This document shows positions 18,585 through 29,440 of a stretch of DNA of 64,000 nucleotides, piece after piece (the stretch's first letter is position 1; every line of letters begins with the position of its first letter). This DNA is from an uncultured bacterium. GTDB lineage: Bacteria; Spirochaetota; UBA4802; JAGODF01. A program made the translations under genes and the position numbers. The stretch covers positions 6,437-70,436 of the forward strand of contig CAKZSV010000031.1 in NCBI GenBank assembly GCA_937921485.1, in the 5' to 3' direction. The notes under the pieces were generated by a model. That model saw nothing but the letters and a program-made list of their open reading frames with translations. It had not been told where the DNA came from and did no database searches.

Positions 18585-20330
18585 TCAAGTTCTTTTAAAA
18601 AGCCTGTCCATCTCGCTCTTGCCTAATCGATATACAAAAGGCCTTCCATGCGGACAGCGCAGTTCATGTGTGCCAGATAAAATTTCGTAAGCAATAGCGC
18701 GTGCGTCATGAAGTGAGATGCCATCTCCTGCCCGAAATGCGGAATGGCACGCAATCTTTTCTGCAATTATTTTCTTTAACTCATCTATCGATACTTTCCG
18801 CTCGCCCTCTCCCGAAAAATCCTGAAAAAATTGATCTATGTTTAAAGAAGAAGCAACCGAAGGAATCGCGCGCACGGCAAGCGCGCTTTTCCCTATTTCC
18901 TCAATTTCAAAACCGATTTCATTCAACATGTCTTTTTTTTCAAGAATTCGTTCGCATTCCGCGGGTGACAGCTCAAGCGGATGCGGAAATAACAGTGCCT
19001 GTGAGTCGGGCTCGTATGCTCTGTCCATGAGAGCATCATAAATAATCCGCTCATGAGCGGCATGATAGTCGATCAGTACAAGTCCTTCTTCGTCCTGTAT
19101 CAGAAGATAGGTGTCGAAAAGGATGTCCACGCGCAGTTCCGGTATATCTTTCCGTGCATAAAACGATTTTTCTTCTCCCACAAAAGAATTCCGGGATGCG
19201 GGCTTTTGCATCTCGATTCGTGACGCTTCTCCGAAAATCAATTCCCCCGCGCTATCGCGTTCCAATTCCCCGTTATTATTTTTTCTTTGCTGCGTAACGT
19301 TTTCTTTTCGACCCGTAAAAAAGCTTTCCTGGATTCTGTGCGCACCGCTTCCAAGACATTTTCGTGTGAGATTAATGATAAGCGCGTTGATGTAATTCTG
19401 ATCGAAAAAGCGAACTTCCTTTTTGGCAGGATGCACATTCACGTCCAAAAGAGCGGGATCGAGATGAATAAAAAGAAACGCCGCAGGATGCTCTCCATGG
19501 CGAAGCATGGACTCATAACTTTTTGAAAGAAGAAAACCTAAGGATTTATGTTCCACCGGGCGTCCGTTCACATACAAAAATTGAAGCGATCGATTCGGGC
19601 GCTTGAAAGCAGGGCCACTGACAAGACCCGCAATCAAAGCCCGAAGGTCTTTCAACTCCCCTTCAATTAAATGCTGTGCTACCACATCACCGTGAATCTG
19701 AAAGATCCGCTCGCGTACAGAATTTACGGCCGGCAGAACGGATTGCGATTTTCCATCAACAATCAGACGAAACGAAACATCCGGGCGGGCAATTGCCGTT
19801 TTGAAAAATATATCTTTAATTGCCCGAAGTTCATGAGAAGGCGAGCGCAGAAATTTTTTCCTTGCGGGGACATTAAAAAAAAGGTTTTCTGCTATCACCG
19901 TACACCCGGAAGAGCCAGCGTAATCCGATAGCTCACACCTTCCGCCTTTCGATATGAGCTTCGACCCAGGAACCTCCTCCTTTCTTCTGGAAATTATCGT
20001 AAGTTCGGAAATCGATGCAATGCTCGACAGGGCTTCACCCCTGAAGCCGTATGTGGCTATGGAAGAGATGTCTTCAATTTTTCGAATTTTACTGGTCGCA
20101 TGCTCTCTGCCGACGAAGGGCATGTCCTCACGGGATATTCCCTCGCCATCGTCGCGCACTAAAATTTTTTTCATGCCCGCATCATCGATCTCAACATCGA
20201 TGTGCATCGCTCCCGCATCGAGTGAATTTTCGATAAGTTCTTTTAGAACCGAGAACGGGCCTTCGACGACTTCGCCCGCCGCAATCTTGTGCTTTACCTC
20301 ATCGGGGAGAATGTGTATTCTTCCTGGCAC
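18585..20330 (-). CDS. mutL: DNA mismatch repair protein MutL.
   Basis: N-terminal GHKL ATPase motifs (IAAGEVVEGPFSVLKELIENSLDAG; DDGEGI) and a C-terminal dimerisation/endonuclease region. 581 aa. Confidence 0.9.
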   Translation of the reverse strand: MPGRIHILPDEVKHKIAAGEVVEGPFSVLKELIENSLDAGAMHIDVEIDDAGMKKILVRDDGEGISREDMPFVGREHATSKIRKIEDISSIATYGFRGEALSSIASISELTIISRRKEEVPGSKLISKGGRCELSDYAGSSGCTVIAENLFFNVPARKKFLRSPSHELRAIKDIFFKTAIARPDVSFRLIVDGKSQSVLPAVNSVRERIFQIHGDVVAQHLIEGELKDLRALIAGLVSGPAFKRPNRSLQFLYVNGRPVEHKSLGFLLSKSYESMLRHGEHPAAFLFIHLDPALLDVNVHPAKKEVRFFDQNYINALIINLTRKCLGSGAHRIQESFFTGRKENVTQQRKNNNGELERDSAGELIFGEASRIEMQKPASRNSFVGEEKSFYARKDIPELRVDILFDTYLLIQDEEGLVLIDYHAAHERIIYDALMDRAYEPDSQALLFPHPLELSPAECERILEKKDMLNEIGFEIEEIGKSALAVRAIPSVASSLNIDQFFQDFSGEGERKVSIDELKKIIAEKIACHSAFRAGDGISLHDARAIAYEILSGTHELRCPHGRPFVYRLGKSEMDRLFKRT

Positions 20331-20429
20331 AGCAGTCTCCAGAAATTATCATATAGGATTAGAAGAAATTGAATAAATCTTTGCTGTCAGACTATATTGC
20401 GTGCGGGGTATAATCATCGATATCGCACA

Positions 20430-21176
20430 TCACGCGAAGATAAGCTCAAGAAGTTTCGGAAGCGTTTCCCCGACCTTCCCCTGAATGAAGACATCGGTAA
20501 TAGAACCAGTCAACGTCGTCCGTTCAAGGTTCATCTCAATCACCTTTGCCCTGTTTTGCTTCGCGATATAGGGAATGCTGCTCGCCGGATATACTACCGC
20601 GGATGTTCCGACCACCAGTATCGCATCGGCCGAGTTGGCCAGCATCTGCGATTCCATCAGCGCATCGGGTGGAATCATTTCTCCGAAAAAAACCACCTGC
20701 GGCTTCATTATTTGACCGCACTTCGGACATCTCGGAGGCTTTCCGCCGAAATCCGGTGACCCGACGGGCTCTTCATGATGGCACACGAGGCATTCCAGCC
20801 GATGCGCATTTCCGTGAAACTCTATCACATTGAGGCTGCCCGCCTCCTGATGGAGATTATCAATATTCTGTGTGATGAGGGCTTTAAGGATATTTTTTTT
20901 CTCGAGTTCAGCCAGCGCCAGGTGAGCGGGATTGGGCCTGGCATTTTTCGTGAGATCAATCATCTCAAACAGCATCTCCCAGATCATTTCCGGGTTGCGT
21001 TTGAACGAATCGATGTGCGCGTACACCGCGGGGTCGTATTTTTCCCATAAGCCTCCCGCGCTGCGAAAATCCGGTATTCCGCTTTCCACGGATATTCCCG
21101 CTCCTGTGAGGGCTATCAGGTACTGAGATTGTTTAATGATTTCTGCTGCCGTTTTAAGAGATGTAGTGGTATCCAT
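20430..21176 (-). CDS. cobB: NAD-dependent protein deacylase, Sir2 family (CobB).
   Basis: GAGISVESGIPDFR, the Zn-binding Cys pairs CxxC…CxxC (CLVCHH…CPKCG), and the QNIDNLH motif. Confidence 0.9.
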   Translation of the reverse strand: MDTTTSLKTAAEIIKQSQYLIALTGAGISVESGIPDFRSAGGLWEKYDPAVYAHIDSFKRNPEMIWEMLFEMIDLTKNARPNPAHLALAELEKKNILKALITQNIDNLHQEAGSLNVIEFHGNAHRLECLVCHHEEPVGSPDFGGKPPRCPKCGQIMKPQVVFFGEMIPPDALMESQMLANSADAILVVGTSAVVYPASSIPYIAKQNRAKVIEMNLERTTLTGSITDVFIQGKVGETLPKLLELIFA

Positions 21177-21187
21177 CTGCGCGCTCC

Positions 21188-21215
21188 ATTTTAATGGCGA
21201 TTTACGTCATCGCAA
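21188..21215 (-). promoter_or_regulatory. Candidate promoter for cobB on the minus strand.
   Basis: On the minus strand: TTGCGA, then 16 nt, then TAAAAT, about 12 nt upstream of the cobB ATG. A GGAG RBS is present. Confidence 0.25.
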
Positions 21216-21279
21216 AATATCCGTCAAGACCAATATTATACCCTTCACGATTAAGTGATTGCATTCATCGGCAGCACTT

Positions 21280-22896
21280 TCAGCCATTTATTTTTTTCCT
21301 AAAACCCTGAGGCGATTCGCCGGTACATTTCTGGAACACGCGATAGAACGTGGGAAGGCTTTCAAATCCGACCGCGAACGCAATGCTGGCAATGCTGTTG
21401 TCGGGATCGGCAAGCAGTTCCTGCGCTTTGCGGATTCTCACTTCGTTTAAATATTCACCTGTTTTCTTTCCGGTATATTGCTTGAAGAGCTTGCCAAAGT
21501 AGTCGGCATTCATTCCCACTTCATCTGCAAGTGATTCGCGCGTGATGTCTTCGGCGAATTTTTCTTCGATGATGCGGAGTGCTATTTTTAATTTTTCTTC
21601 AGTTTCGGAGCCGATTCTGGACTTTTTAGCTGTCCCGGTAGTTTGATCGCGCCGTTCGGTACTTTCAACGCGCTTTTTCAATTCAACAAAACGGCAGTGC
21701 ATGATATAGGCGATGCCGATGATGAGGAACAAATACGCATATCCTGAAAGGCTGATGAAATTGTACATCGCACGGTTAACCAGAATGTCATTTATGAGCG
21801 TCAAAGTCAGAATGATGAATGCCGCCAGAAGAAAAACGAATTCTCTTCGGTTCCGCAACCTGCGTACAACAACATAAAACGAATATATCACAGGATAGAG
21901 CCACGTAGGCTGAATAATGTTCTTCAAAACCCAATTCCAGACGAGAGGGTTATTGCTCACCGTGACGATTATCACACCTGAAAGAGTTATCGCATGAAAG
22001 ATATAATGAAAAATGTTTCGTTTTCGCGCCGTATAATACGCCATAAACTCAAGAAACATTGAAAAAATCAGGAAAAGAACGATATATTCTAACTTTTTCA
22101 TCACAAGAAAATTGTCGGAAATGAGATATTTAATCTGCGTCCGAAAGAAAAAATACACCGCCGAAAGCATGGTGGCCAGGGAAAAAAAGAGATTGTCTCT
22201 CTCAACTGCATGAAGAAAAAATATAATACCGAAATAAAGACTCACGGCTAAATAGATAACAACAAAAAACATCGAAAAGAACTCACGGGAAAGCAAATCC
22301 CGCTGAAGCTGCATAAACGGACCTATGCGAAATTCACCGGTATACGGGCCTGACGGCGATGGAAAAAGCGAAGCCACTCTGAGGGCAAAGAGATTTACCG
22401 CACCAGGACGAATAAGAATGGTGGGTATTTCATAGACTCGAATTTTATCATAACAGGATCTTCGATTGGGGGGAAAAGCGCCGGAAGATGCAATTTTAAC
22501 ACCGTTGAAATACAACTCATCGACATCGCTGATGATGCCAAGCTGAATGCCGAGGCTGTGCGCGGGAAGCCTTGAGGGAAAGCGCACTGGAATGCGATAC
22601 CAGCATACCCCCTCCCATCCGGGAAAAACTTTCGTCCAGTCGGAAGGAAGCGGAATCACCTGCCAGGTGCTATCATCGAAAGAGAGGCGCGCGTATTCGG
22701 GATTATCGCCCTTTTGTATGCGCACGATTTTCATTTGAGAAAAAGCAATTATTTTATCAAATTCCTCCAGTGATAGCATGGGAACATCTGCGTTCGGCGC
22801 CGATTGAAGCAGAGCCATTAGCGGTGCAACAACAAAGAGTATTTTCATTTTCTTTATAATACGCATCATTATCTCATCAATTGCATGTGAAAACAC
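21280..22896 (-). CDS. 7TM-DISM (7TMR-DISMED2 + 7TM) membrane sensor fused to an AraC-family HTH transcriptional regulator.
   Basis: Signal peptide, an extracellular beta-rich domain, seven hydrophobic helices, then a C-terminal AraC HTH (…IASIAFAVGFESLPTFYRVFQKCTGESP). The probable start is the internal Met at about 22848. Confidence 0.75.
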   Translation of the reverse strand: MFSHAIDEIMMRIIKKMKILFVVAPLMALLQSAPNADVPMLSLEEFDKIIAFSQMKIVRIQKGDNPEYARLSFDDSTWQVIPLPSDWTKVFPGWEGVCWYRIPVRFPSRLPAHSLGIQLGIISDVDELYFNGVKIASSGAFPPNRRSCYDKIRVYEIPTILIRPGAVNLFALRVASLFPSPSGPYTGEFRIGPFMQLQRDLLSREFFSMFFVVIYLAVSLYFGIIFFLHAVERDNLFFSLATMLSAVYFFFRTQIKYLISDNFLVMKKLEYIVLFLIFSMFLEFMAYYTARKRNIFHYIFHAITLSGVIIVTVSNNPLVWNWVLKNIIQPTWLYPVIYSFYVVVRRLRNRREFVFLLAAFIILTLTLINDILVNRAMYNFISLSGYAYLFLIIGIAYIMHCRFVELKKRVESTERRDQTTGTAKKSRIGSETEEKLKIALRIIEEKFAEDITRESLADEVGMNADYFGKLFKQYTGKKTGEYLNEVRIRKAQELLADPDNSIASIAFAVGFESLPTFYRVFQKCTGESPQGFRKKING

Positions 22897-22907
22897 CTAT
22901 CGTCGTT

Positions 22908-24374
22908 TCACCGCTTTGAAAAAAGCATTCGGTGCTGTTCTATCAGCGAGCGTTTCGTTTGCGCCAGCCTGTCCGAAAGGCTCACTTTATACATATGAGG
23001 ATTCAAAAGACGTCGGTAGGTAGCATCGAGCGCTTGAATTTGCGCGGCACACCGGTTTCGCGCATCAGCAAGCGAAGGCAGACCATCCACGACCTTCCCC
23101 TTCACCATGACGGGAAGCAGAAGCGTTTCGGCATATCCATAATCATCCATCACAAATCCTGCAAAATCAGATATCGGATGATTGAAACGCAGCGGTTTTT
23201 TTCTCTCGATATCTGCCTGCAGTTCATCAGTTTCTTCCTCCAGATAGAGAAGGTCCGCCTTCATCTGCCCGTCTTCGCCATAGACCCGCATGATGTTTTT
23301 CACGCCAGGGTTGGTCACCTTCTCCGGTTGATTTGAAAGCTTGATGCACGGTTCCCATGTTCCGCGTTTCCATCGTGCCACAATTTTATACACGCCGGGA
23401 AGCGCAGGCTCTCCCCATCCTGTTACCATGCGCGTTCCCACCCCCCATGCGTCGATGGGGCAGCGGCTATTGCGAAGGTGTTCGATGATCCATTCATCCA
23501 TATCGCTCGATACAAAAATTTTTACCTCTGGAAGGCCTGCATCATCGAGCATCTTTCGAGCCGCTTTGCTGAGGTACTCCAGATCGCCGCTGTCGATGCG
23601 GATTGCCATGAGCTTTGGATTTTTGCTCTTCAGTTCACGGAATACCTCGATTGCATTGGGAACTCCCGAACGGAGCGTATCATAGGTATCTACCAGAAGC
23701 ACCGGTGCTTCCGGATATTGCGCAGAATATTTTTTAAACGATTCGAGTTCGGAATCAAAACTCATCACCCAGCTATGTGCCATGGTGCCGCTGACCGGTA
23801 TGCCGAAAACTTTTCCCGCCAGCGTGTTCGAGGTTGCCGACGCTCCTCCAACAAACGCAGCCCTGGAAGCAGAAAGTGCTCCATCCGGCCCATGCGCTCG
23901 CCGAAGTCCAAACTCAAGCACCGGCAATCCCCCTGCGGCATCCACCACCCGGGATGTCTTTGTTGCGATGAGGCTTTGAAAATTCACATAATTAAGCAAT
24001 AAACTCTCGATGATCTGCACCTCAAGAAGCGTACCTTCAACGCGTACAAGCGGTTCGTTGGGAAATGCAAGTGTGCCTTCAGCCAGCGAGTATATGGTTC
24101 CTTCGAAGTGAAAATTCTTTAAATATTCCGTGAATTTATTTTGAAAAATTTTCTGTTTTTCGAGAAACGCAATATCATCATCGCTGAAACGGAAATTTTC
24201 AAGCTCCTTCAAAAACGGCACGATGCCGGCACACACCGCATATCCTCCGCTAAACGGCTGATGGCGGAAAAAAAGCTCAAAGACCGCACGAGCCTCCGGC
24301 GAGGCGGCAAAATATCCCTGCATCATCGTCAGTTCATAGAAATCGGTGCACAGCGCTGAAATCCTTCCAGTCAT
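22908..24374 (-). CDS. pncB: Nicotinate phosphoribosyltransferase.
   Basis: 488-aa NAPRTase-family sequence (…GTMAHSWVMSF…). Its start overlaps the pncA stop (ATGA). Confidence 0.85.
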   Translation of the reverse strand: MTGRISALCTDFYELTMMQGYFAASPEARAVFELFFRHQPFSGGYAVCAGIVPFLKELENFRFSDDDIAFLEKQKIFQNKFTEYLKNFHFEGTIYSLAEGTLAFPNEPLVRVEGTLLEVQIIESLLLNYVNFQSLIATKTSRVVDAAGGLPVLEFGLRRAHGPDGALSASRAAFVGGASATSNTLAGKVFGIPVSGTMAHSWVMSFDSELESFKKYSAQYPEAPVLLVDTYDTLRSGVPNAIEVFRELKSKNPKLMAIRIDSGDLEYLSKAARKMLDDAGLPEVKIFVSSDMDEWIIEHLRNSRCPIDAWGVGTRMVTGWGEPALPGVYKIVARWKRGTWEPCIKLSNQPEKVTNPGVKNIMRVYGEDGQMKADLLYLEEETDELQADIERKKPLRFNHPISDFAGFVMDDYGYAETLLLPVMVKGKVVDGLPSLADARNRCAAQIQALDATYRRLLNPHMYKVSLSDRLAQTKRSLIEQHRMLFSKR

Positions 24375-24982
24375 AACGCACCCGATTCTACAATACGAAT
24401 TCCCGCTTCACGCATGGAAGCAATCACCTTTGTAAGAGAACCCTCCGGTACATCGATTCCCCTGCACGCGTCGATAATGACGGCCGTTTTAAACCCGATC
24501 ATGTGCGCATCCATTGCGCTGTAGTACACACAATAATCGGTAGCAAGACCGCACACAAATACTTCTGTGGTACCAATGGAATTCAAATAACCATCAAGTC
24601 CAGTTTTAGTTTTTTTATCGTTTTCTAAAAATGCCGAATAGGAATCGATATCGGATGACGTGCCTTTGCGCACAATGAGATCAACCAGCGTCGTGTTTAA
24701 ATCCGGATGAAAATCCGCTCCCCGCGAGCCCTGCACGCAGTGGTCGGGCCAGAGCGTCTGGCGATAGCCGTTTAGCTCAATCTCGTCGAAAGGTTTTTTC
24801 CCTTTGTGATTCGAAGCAAAAGAACTATGGTCGGCCGGATGCCAGTCCTGCGTCGCCACCACGCGGTTGAATTTCCAGATTATCGAATTGATAACCGGCA
24901 CCACTTCGTTGCCGCCGCCCACGGCAAGCGCTCCTCCGGGACAGAAATCGTTCTGGACATCAATAATCAAGAGAACTTTCAT
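24371..24982 (-). CDS. pncA: Nicotinamidase / pyrazinamidase (isochorismatase family).
   Basis: MKVLLIIDVQNDF start, the catalytic D…K…C arrangement (CGLATDYCV), and metal-binding His (WPDHC). The table ORF extends 15 codons upstream to 25027. Confidence 0.8.
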   Translation of the reverse strand: MKVLLIIDVQNDFCPGGALAVGGGNEVVPVINSIIWKFNRVVATQDWHPADHSSFASNHKGKKPFDEIELNGYRQTLWPDHCVQGSRGADFHPDLNTTLVDLIVRKGTSSDIDSYSAFLENDKKTKTGLDGYLNSIGTTEVFVCGLATDYCVYYSAMDAHMIGFKTAVIIDACRGIDVPEGSLTKVIASMREAGIRIVESGAL

Positions 24983-25085
24983 ATTCTGCCACCTCCCTTT
25001 ACACAGCGTGCATCGTATTATTGCCAACTGCTAATGTATCAGCTTAGGGGAATACATGTCTATCGTTTTATTATATTCCGCACAA

Positions 25086-26264
25086 TTATTTCACTGCGCC
25101 TTTCGCGCGCAAATCGGATATTGTTGCATCGGAATAACCGAGCCGATGTAAAATTTCATCAGTGTGCGAACCCATTTCGCATCCGGCCATTTTCGCCACA
25201 TATGTACCCGATGTAAACATGAGGCCACTGCCAAGCTGGCGAAATTCATTATTCTTTGAATCCCGCACGCTCACAATCATTGAGCGCTCACACAGGGGGG
25301 GAGCATTAATTGCTTCGCCAAGCGTCCTCACAGGCTCAACGCACGCGTCGATTGCACTGAAGACTTCTATCCAGTGCGAAAGCGGTTTTTCAGCAATGCG
25401 GCACGCAACTTCGCGTTTCATTTCGATCATCTCCTCTGCGCTTACTACGCCTTTTTCGATCACACCACTCATGCCGATGGCATTTAGAAATGCAGCTAAA
25501 AATTTCGGTTCAACCGGTCCTACTGAAAGGTAGCGCTTATCTGCAGTTTGATAAAAATCGTACAGCGAACCTCCGTTGAATAATTCGTTTTCCGCCTCCG
25601 GTTCGGATGCGCCGCCCAGGAATTGGGATGTTTGAAATGCAGTCATCGCAAAAACGCCGTCGAAGATGGAAATATCGATGTAATCACCCTCACCGGTGCG
25701 CAATCGCCGGATATACGCCGCCATGACTGCAATGCAGAGGTTTTTTGATCCGCTGCCGATATCCGCAATCTGTATGCCGCTGAGTGTCGGCCCCGTTGCT
25801 TTTTTGCCCGAAAAGGATTCCGCGCCCGAAAGCGCCATGTAGTTGATATCGTGCCCCGCGCGATGTGCATAGCTTCCTGTTTGTCCGTATCCGGTGAGAG
25901 AGCAGTAAATGAGCGCGGGGTTGATATCTCGAAGCCGTTCATACCCAAGCCCGAGCTTTTCCATCACCCCGGGACGAAATTGTTCCACCACGATATCGTA
26001 TTCGCGGACAAGCGCATATACCGCTTTCCGCGCCTCTTCGTGCTTGAGATTGAGCGCAAGCGAGCGCTTACCCCTGTTGATGTGCGCATAGGCTGCAGAA
26101 ATGCCGTGAACGAGAGGTGGCACCATGCGCATGAGATCCGGATTTTCTGGATTTTCCACCTTGATGATGTCAGCGCCAAGGTCGGCCAGCATCATGGTGC
26201 CGAATGGTCCGGGCAGCAAATAGGAAAAATCCAGAATTTTCATTCCGTCAAGAGGGGGATGCAT
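25086..26264 (-). CDS. CoA-transferase family III protein (CaiB/BaiF/formyl-CoA-transferase-like).
   Basis: MKILDFS…GPFGTMMLADLGADIIKVE N-terminal signature of family III CoA transferases. The start was chosen at an ATG preceded by GGAGGA. The table start at 26297 is a TTG. Confidence 0.8.
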   Translation of the reverse strand: MHPPLDGMKILDFSYLLPGPFGTMMLADLGADIIKVENPENPDLMRMVPPLVHGISAAYAHINRGKRSLALNLKHEEARKAVYALVREYDIVVEQFRPGVMEKLGLGYERLRDINPALIYCSLTGYGQTGSYAHRAGHDINYMALSGAESFSGKKATGPTLSGIQIADIGSGSKNLCIAVMAAYIRRLRTGEGDYIDISIFDGVFAMTAFQTSQFLGGASEPEAENELFNGGSLYDFYQTADKRYLSVGPVEPKFLAAFLNAIGMSGVIEKGVVSAEEMIEMKREVACRIAEKPLSHWIEVFSAIDACVEPVRTLGEAINAPPLCERSMIVSVRDSKNNEFRQLGSGLMFTSGTYVAKMAGCEMGSHTDEILHRLGYSDATISDLRAKGAVK

Positions 26265-26495
26265 TATTCCTCCGTGATGCGAACATTCACCGTCCAATAT
26301 GCATAGAAGACATTATTGGCAGCTTTTCCGCAAGAAAAAAAGCTCGTGAAGGTGCAAATCTCTTAAGTTCATGATTTTTTCTTCTATATGTTATTGCGCA
26401 GTTTTTTTATCACACCAAAAAAAACGATAGACGAATTACAAAAAAAATACTATAATTAAATTACTCAAAAGGAGATTGCGAAAGAACATAATTTT

Positions 26496-28634
26496 ATGGA
26501 CGAAAAAGCTCTTTACAGGCAATTTTTCAAATACGGCGGGATGGTCATCGGTTTCAATCTCACGCTGACCTTCATTATTCTTTCCATTGCGTACCCGATG
26601 TTTTCCGACAGAAGGCTGTTGGCGTTTTTTTTCATCGCACTCGTACTATGTTTTGTTTTGCTTAATCTATATTATTATTTTATTCTCAGGGTGGTCATTA
26701 CGCCCCTTCGCGATCTTGCGAAAAATTTCGATATAGCGAAGAAACGATTTGAAATCACGCCGCAGAGAACCTTCATCGCCAATATTCTCACCATCGTCCT
26801 GCTCTACGTGCCCGCCATTCCGTGTATGTACTTTTTCTTCGGCTATACGAATTTATATTTTCACGCGTTCGTTCTGTTCATAAATATCTTCGTATTTCTA
26901 TACCTCGGATATAATTCTGCTGGAGTGTGGTACACCCGCACCTACCCGCTGGGACGCTTCGGCATCCCTATCGTCGTACAGGGACTTGGCAGCAAAATCA
27001 TCAGCCTGGTTTTTCCGACGATTCTGCTTGCATCAGTCTTTATTTCAGTTATGATATACCTCGCCGGTCAGATGACCATCCGCAACGGCATCAATGCGCG
27101 CGTACGCGACAATCTCACCGCCATCGTACGGACACACGAGCGTGAAGGCTCTTTTTCGTATGATGAATTGCCGCCGGTTTTTTCCGAATATGAAGGTTTA
27201 CTTTTCATCACCGATTCCCAGGGAACCCTTCGCGTAGACCATTCCCAATACACAGCCGGGACATCATTATCAGGAATTATTCGCAGAGGAAATCAATCTG
27301 TTTCGCTCTATGAAGCCTCCAGAGATGCTCTTGCCAATCCGGGAGGAACTGCCGGTACTACGGTTCATGGCGTGTTTGAAGGCAAACCGGCAGTGATGTT
27401 CATCGAACATATACGCAATCTGGACAGCTATGCAATCGCCATCTTTTACGATGAAGTGCTCTACCGGCCATTTTACCGCTCGATATTCCTGCAATCATTC
27501 ATCCTTTTCCTGATAAACATCCTTCTCGGACTAATCGTATATCGAAAACTTCTGAAAACCGCGCGTTCTCTGGGACAAATTATTCCCGCGCTCACCAAAG
27601 CGGCGAAAGGCGACCTGAGCGAGGAAATTAAACTCGTAAAAACGAGGGATATTCTTGAAGATTTTACCCGCACGTTTACTAATTTCAAAAAACTTGTGGC
27701 CGATTTCGTCGGAAGCGCCCGCGATCTGGCAGCCATGCTTTTAGCAGAGGCTGAAGCAATTTCAGAATCGGGCTCGCAGATAAAAAAACTTTCCGAGCAA
27801 AACGCGGAGCTGCTTGGGAAAACCACCGATGGGCTCAAGCGAATAGCTGAAGCATTTACCGATATTGCAGAAAAATCCGGCATTCAGCATTCCAACATTT
27901 CCGAACTCGATGCGACAATTTCCTACATCAACAGGGCGATGGGTGTGCTGGCGGATGATGCACAGAAAGTCATCACTTCGATGAAGCAGGTTGAAGAAGG
28001 CGCTATCAGCGGAACCGAACTGGTGCGCGAGGCGTATGACCACATGAACAAAACTGATGAACTTTATCGGGGCGTGTTCAACATCATCCAGATGATTTCC
28101 GAAATAGCCGATCAGGTGAATCTCCTTTCCCTGAACGCATCTATTGAAGCCGCACGTGCGGGAGAATACGGAAGAGGTTTTGCCGTCGTGGCGGAAGAGA
28201 TATCGAAGCTCGCGGACCGAACGGGCGCAAACGTCAAAGAGATTACTGGTCTCATCAATGCGGGCAATGACGAAATACAGAAAAATATACAGATCATCTC
28301 GCATCTGCGCGATTCTTATGAGTCGATCGTTGACAGCATTGAAAATACCGGTGTGACCATCACCGGCTTCATTGATATGATTGGCAAGCACGGCGACGAT
28401 ATCAGAAAAACGCACGGCAAGATCGAATCCATTAAAGACTTTGCGAAAAACCTTTCGGATTCCACCAGCAATGAAAAAGAAAATACCATCCGCATGTTTG
28501 AAAACATCGAAAGCGTAAATAAAAACGCCGATGAGTTCGTCAGCCATTCTTCCGCTCTTGCCGGTTCATCCGACCAGTTGAAGCAGATGGCACATTCCCT
28601 CCTGGAAAAACTGCAGTTTTTCAAGCTTAATTGA
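26496..28634 (+). CDS. Methyl-accepting chemotaxis protein (multi-TM N-terminus, HAMP, MCP signalling domain).
   Basis: Six N-terminal hydrophobic helices, a HAMP-like segment, and the highly conserved MCP core ([32 protein letters not shown]). Confidence 0.85.
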   Translation: MDEKALYRQFFKYGGMVIGFNLTLTFIILSIAYPMFSDRRLLAFFFIALVLCFVLLNLYYYFILRVVITPLRDLAKNFDIAKKRFEITPQRTFIANILTIVLLYVPAIPCMYFFFGYTNLYFHAFVLFINIFVFLYLGYNSAGVWYTRTYPLGRFGIPIVVQGLGSKIISLVFPTILLASVFISVMIYLAGQMTIRNGINARVRDNLTAIVRTHEREGSFSYDELPPVFSEYEGLLFITDSQGTLRVDHSQYTAGTSLSGIIRRGNQSVSLYEASRDALANPGGTAGTTVHGVFEGKPAVMFIEHIRNLDSYAIAIFYDEVLYRPFYRSIFLQSFILFLINILLGLIVYRKLLKTARSLGQIIPALTKAAKGDLSEEIKLVKTRDILEDFTRTFTNFKKLVADFVGSARDLAAMLLAEAEAISESGSQIKKLSEQNAELLGKTTDGLKRIAEAFTDIAEKSGIQHSNISELDATISYINRAMGVLADDAQKVITSMKQVEEGAISGTELVREAYDHMNKTDELYRGVFNIIQMISEIADQVNLLSLNASIEAARAGEYGRGFAVVAEEISKLADRTGANVKEITGLINAGNDEIQKNIQIISHLRDSYESIVDSIENTGVTITGFIDMIGKHGDDIRKTHGKIESIKDFAKNLSDSTSNEKENTIRMFENIESVNKNADEFVSHSSALAGSSDQLKQMAHSLLEKLQFFKLN

Positions 28635-28728
28635 ACATCAACTTTCCGTTCTTTTCTTCCACCCTCCAGCTGACGATAATAAAGAAAAGCATCACTCAAA
28701 TCCGTGCAAGCGATGAAGGAGCATTGCG

Positions 28729-29337
28729 GTGAAAATAAAATTTTTCGCGATAGCATTGGTATCTCTTTTTTTCATTATTTCAATCTTTCAGATGTTTCCC
28801 TTTCCCCCTTTCGCGGATGATGTATTCCCCCTCTACAGGTCGGGCTATTTCAGAGAGCTCGACAGACAGTTTGAAGTAATCGCCGATGCGTTCGTGTCGA
28901 TTAAAACAATGTCGCGCCCGGCATATGCATGGATTTTTATTGAAGATATAAAAAACAAACACGGCATTGAAATACGGGTGTACAATTCCCGATCTGAACT
29001 TATTCGCACTCCCGGAGAGGTGGCACCGGGCATGGATGCTACAGTTATACGAATGAGCACAATGCCTTCTCCATCACCGGTTTCTGAAATACGAGGCAAT
29101 CGCTATTTTTCAGCAATACCAATGACGGCGGCGCCTCGCTGCCGTTTTTGTCATACGCAACAGGAAAATACTATTATCGGAATCATCACTTTTGAACGGT
29201 CATTTGATGCATCGACTTTCTATGGGCGTGAGCGCAGTGTCATATTCGGAATTATCGCTTTGATTTCAGCATTCATTCTCCTGATACTAATCCGATGGGA
29301 ACCGTACAGAAGAATTAAAGAAATATTTGACAAATGA
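28729..29337 (+). CDS. Membrane-anchored c-type heme (CxxCH) protein, possibly a Tll0287/DUF3365-like sensor domain protein.
   Basis: N-terminal signal/anchor, a CRFCH heme-binding motif, and a C-terminal TM helix. It lies 95 nt downstream of the MCP on the same strand. Confidence 0.5.
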   Translation: MKIKFFAIALVSLFFIISIFQMFPFPPFADDVFPLYRSGYFRELDRQFEVIADAFVSIKTMSRPAYAWIFIEDIKNKHGIEIRVYNSRSELIRTPGEVAPGMDATVIRMSTMPSPSPVSEIRGNRYFSAIPMTAAPRCRFCHTQQENTIIGIITFERSFDASTFYGRERSVIFGIIALISAFILLILIRWEPYRRIKEIFDK

Positions 29338-29440
29338 CAGTTGCCTGCGCAATGGTTGGCTTCGGTTTAATGTCCTTCATGCGGTCCATTAACTACTTCC
29401 GCCGTTGTGCGGATGATAAAAGTGTAACATTGAGTGACAC

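Noticed and set aside
28729-28731. A 1-nt inconsistency between my manual codon placement of the GTG start of the CxxCH protein and the ORF-table coordinate.
   Set aside because: This is most likely my counting error. The table coordinates were used. It does not affect interpretation.
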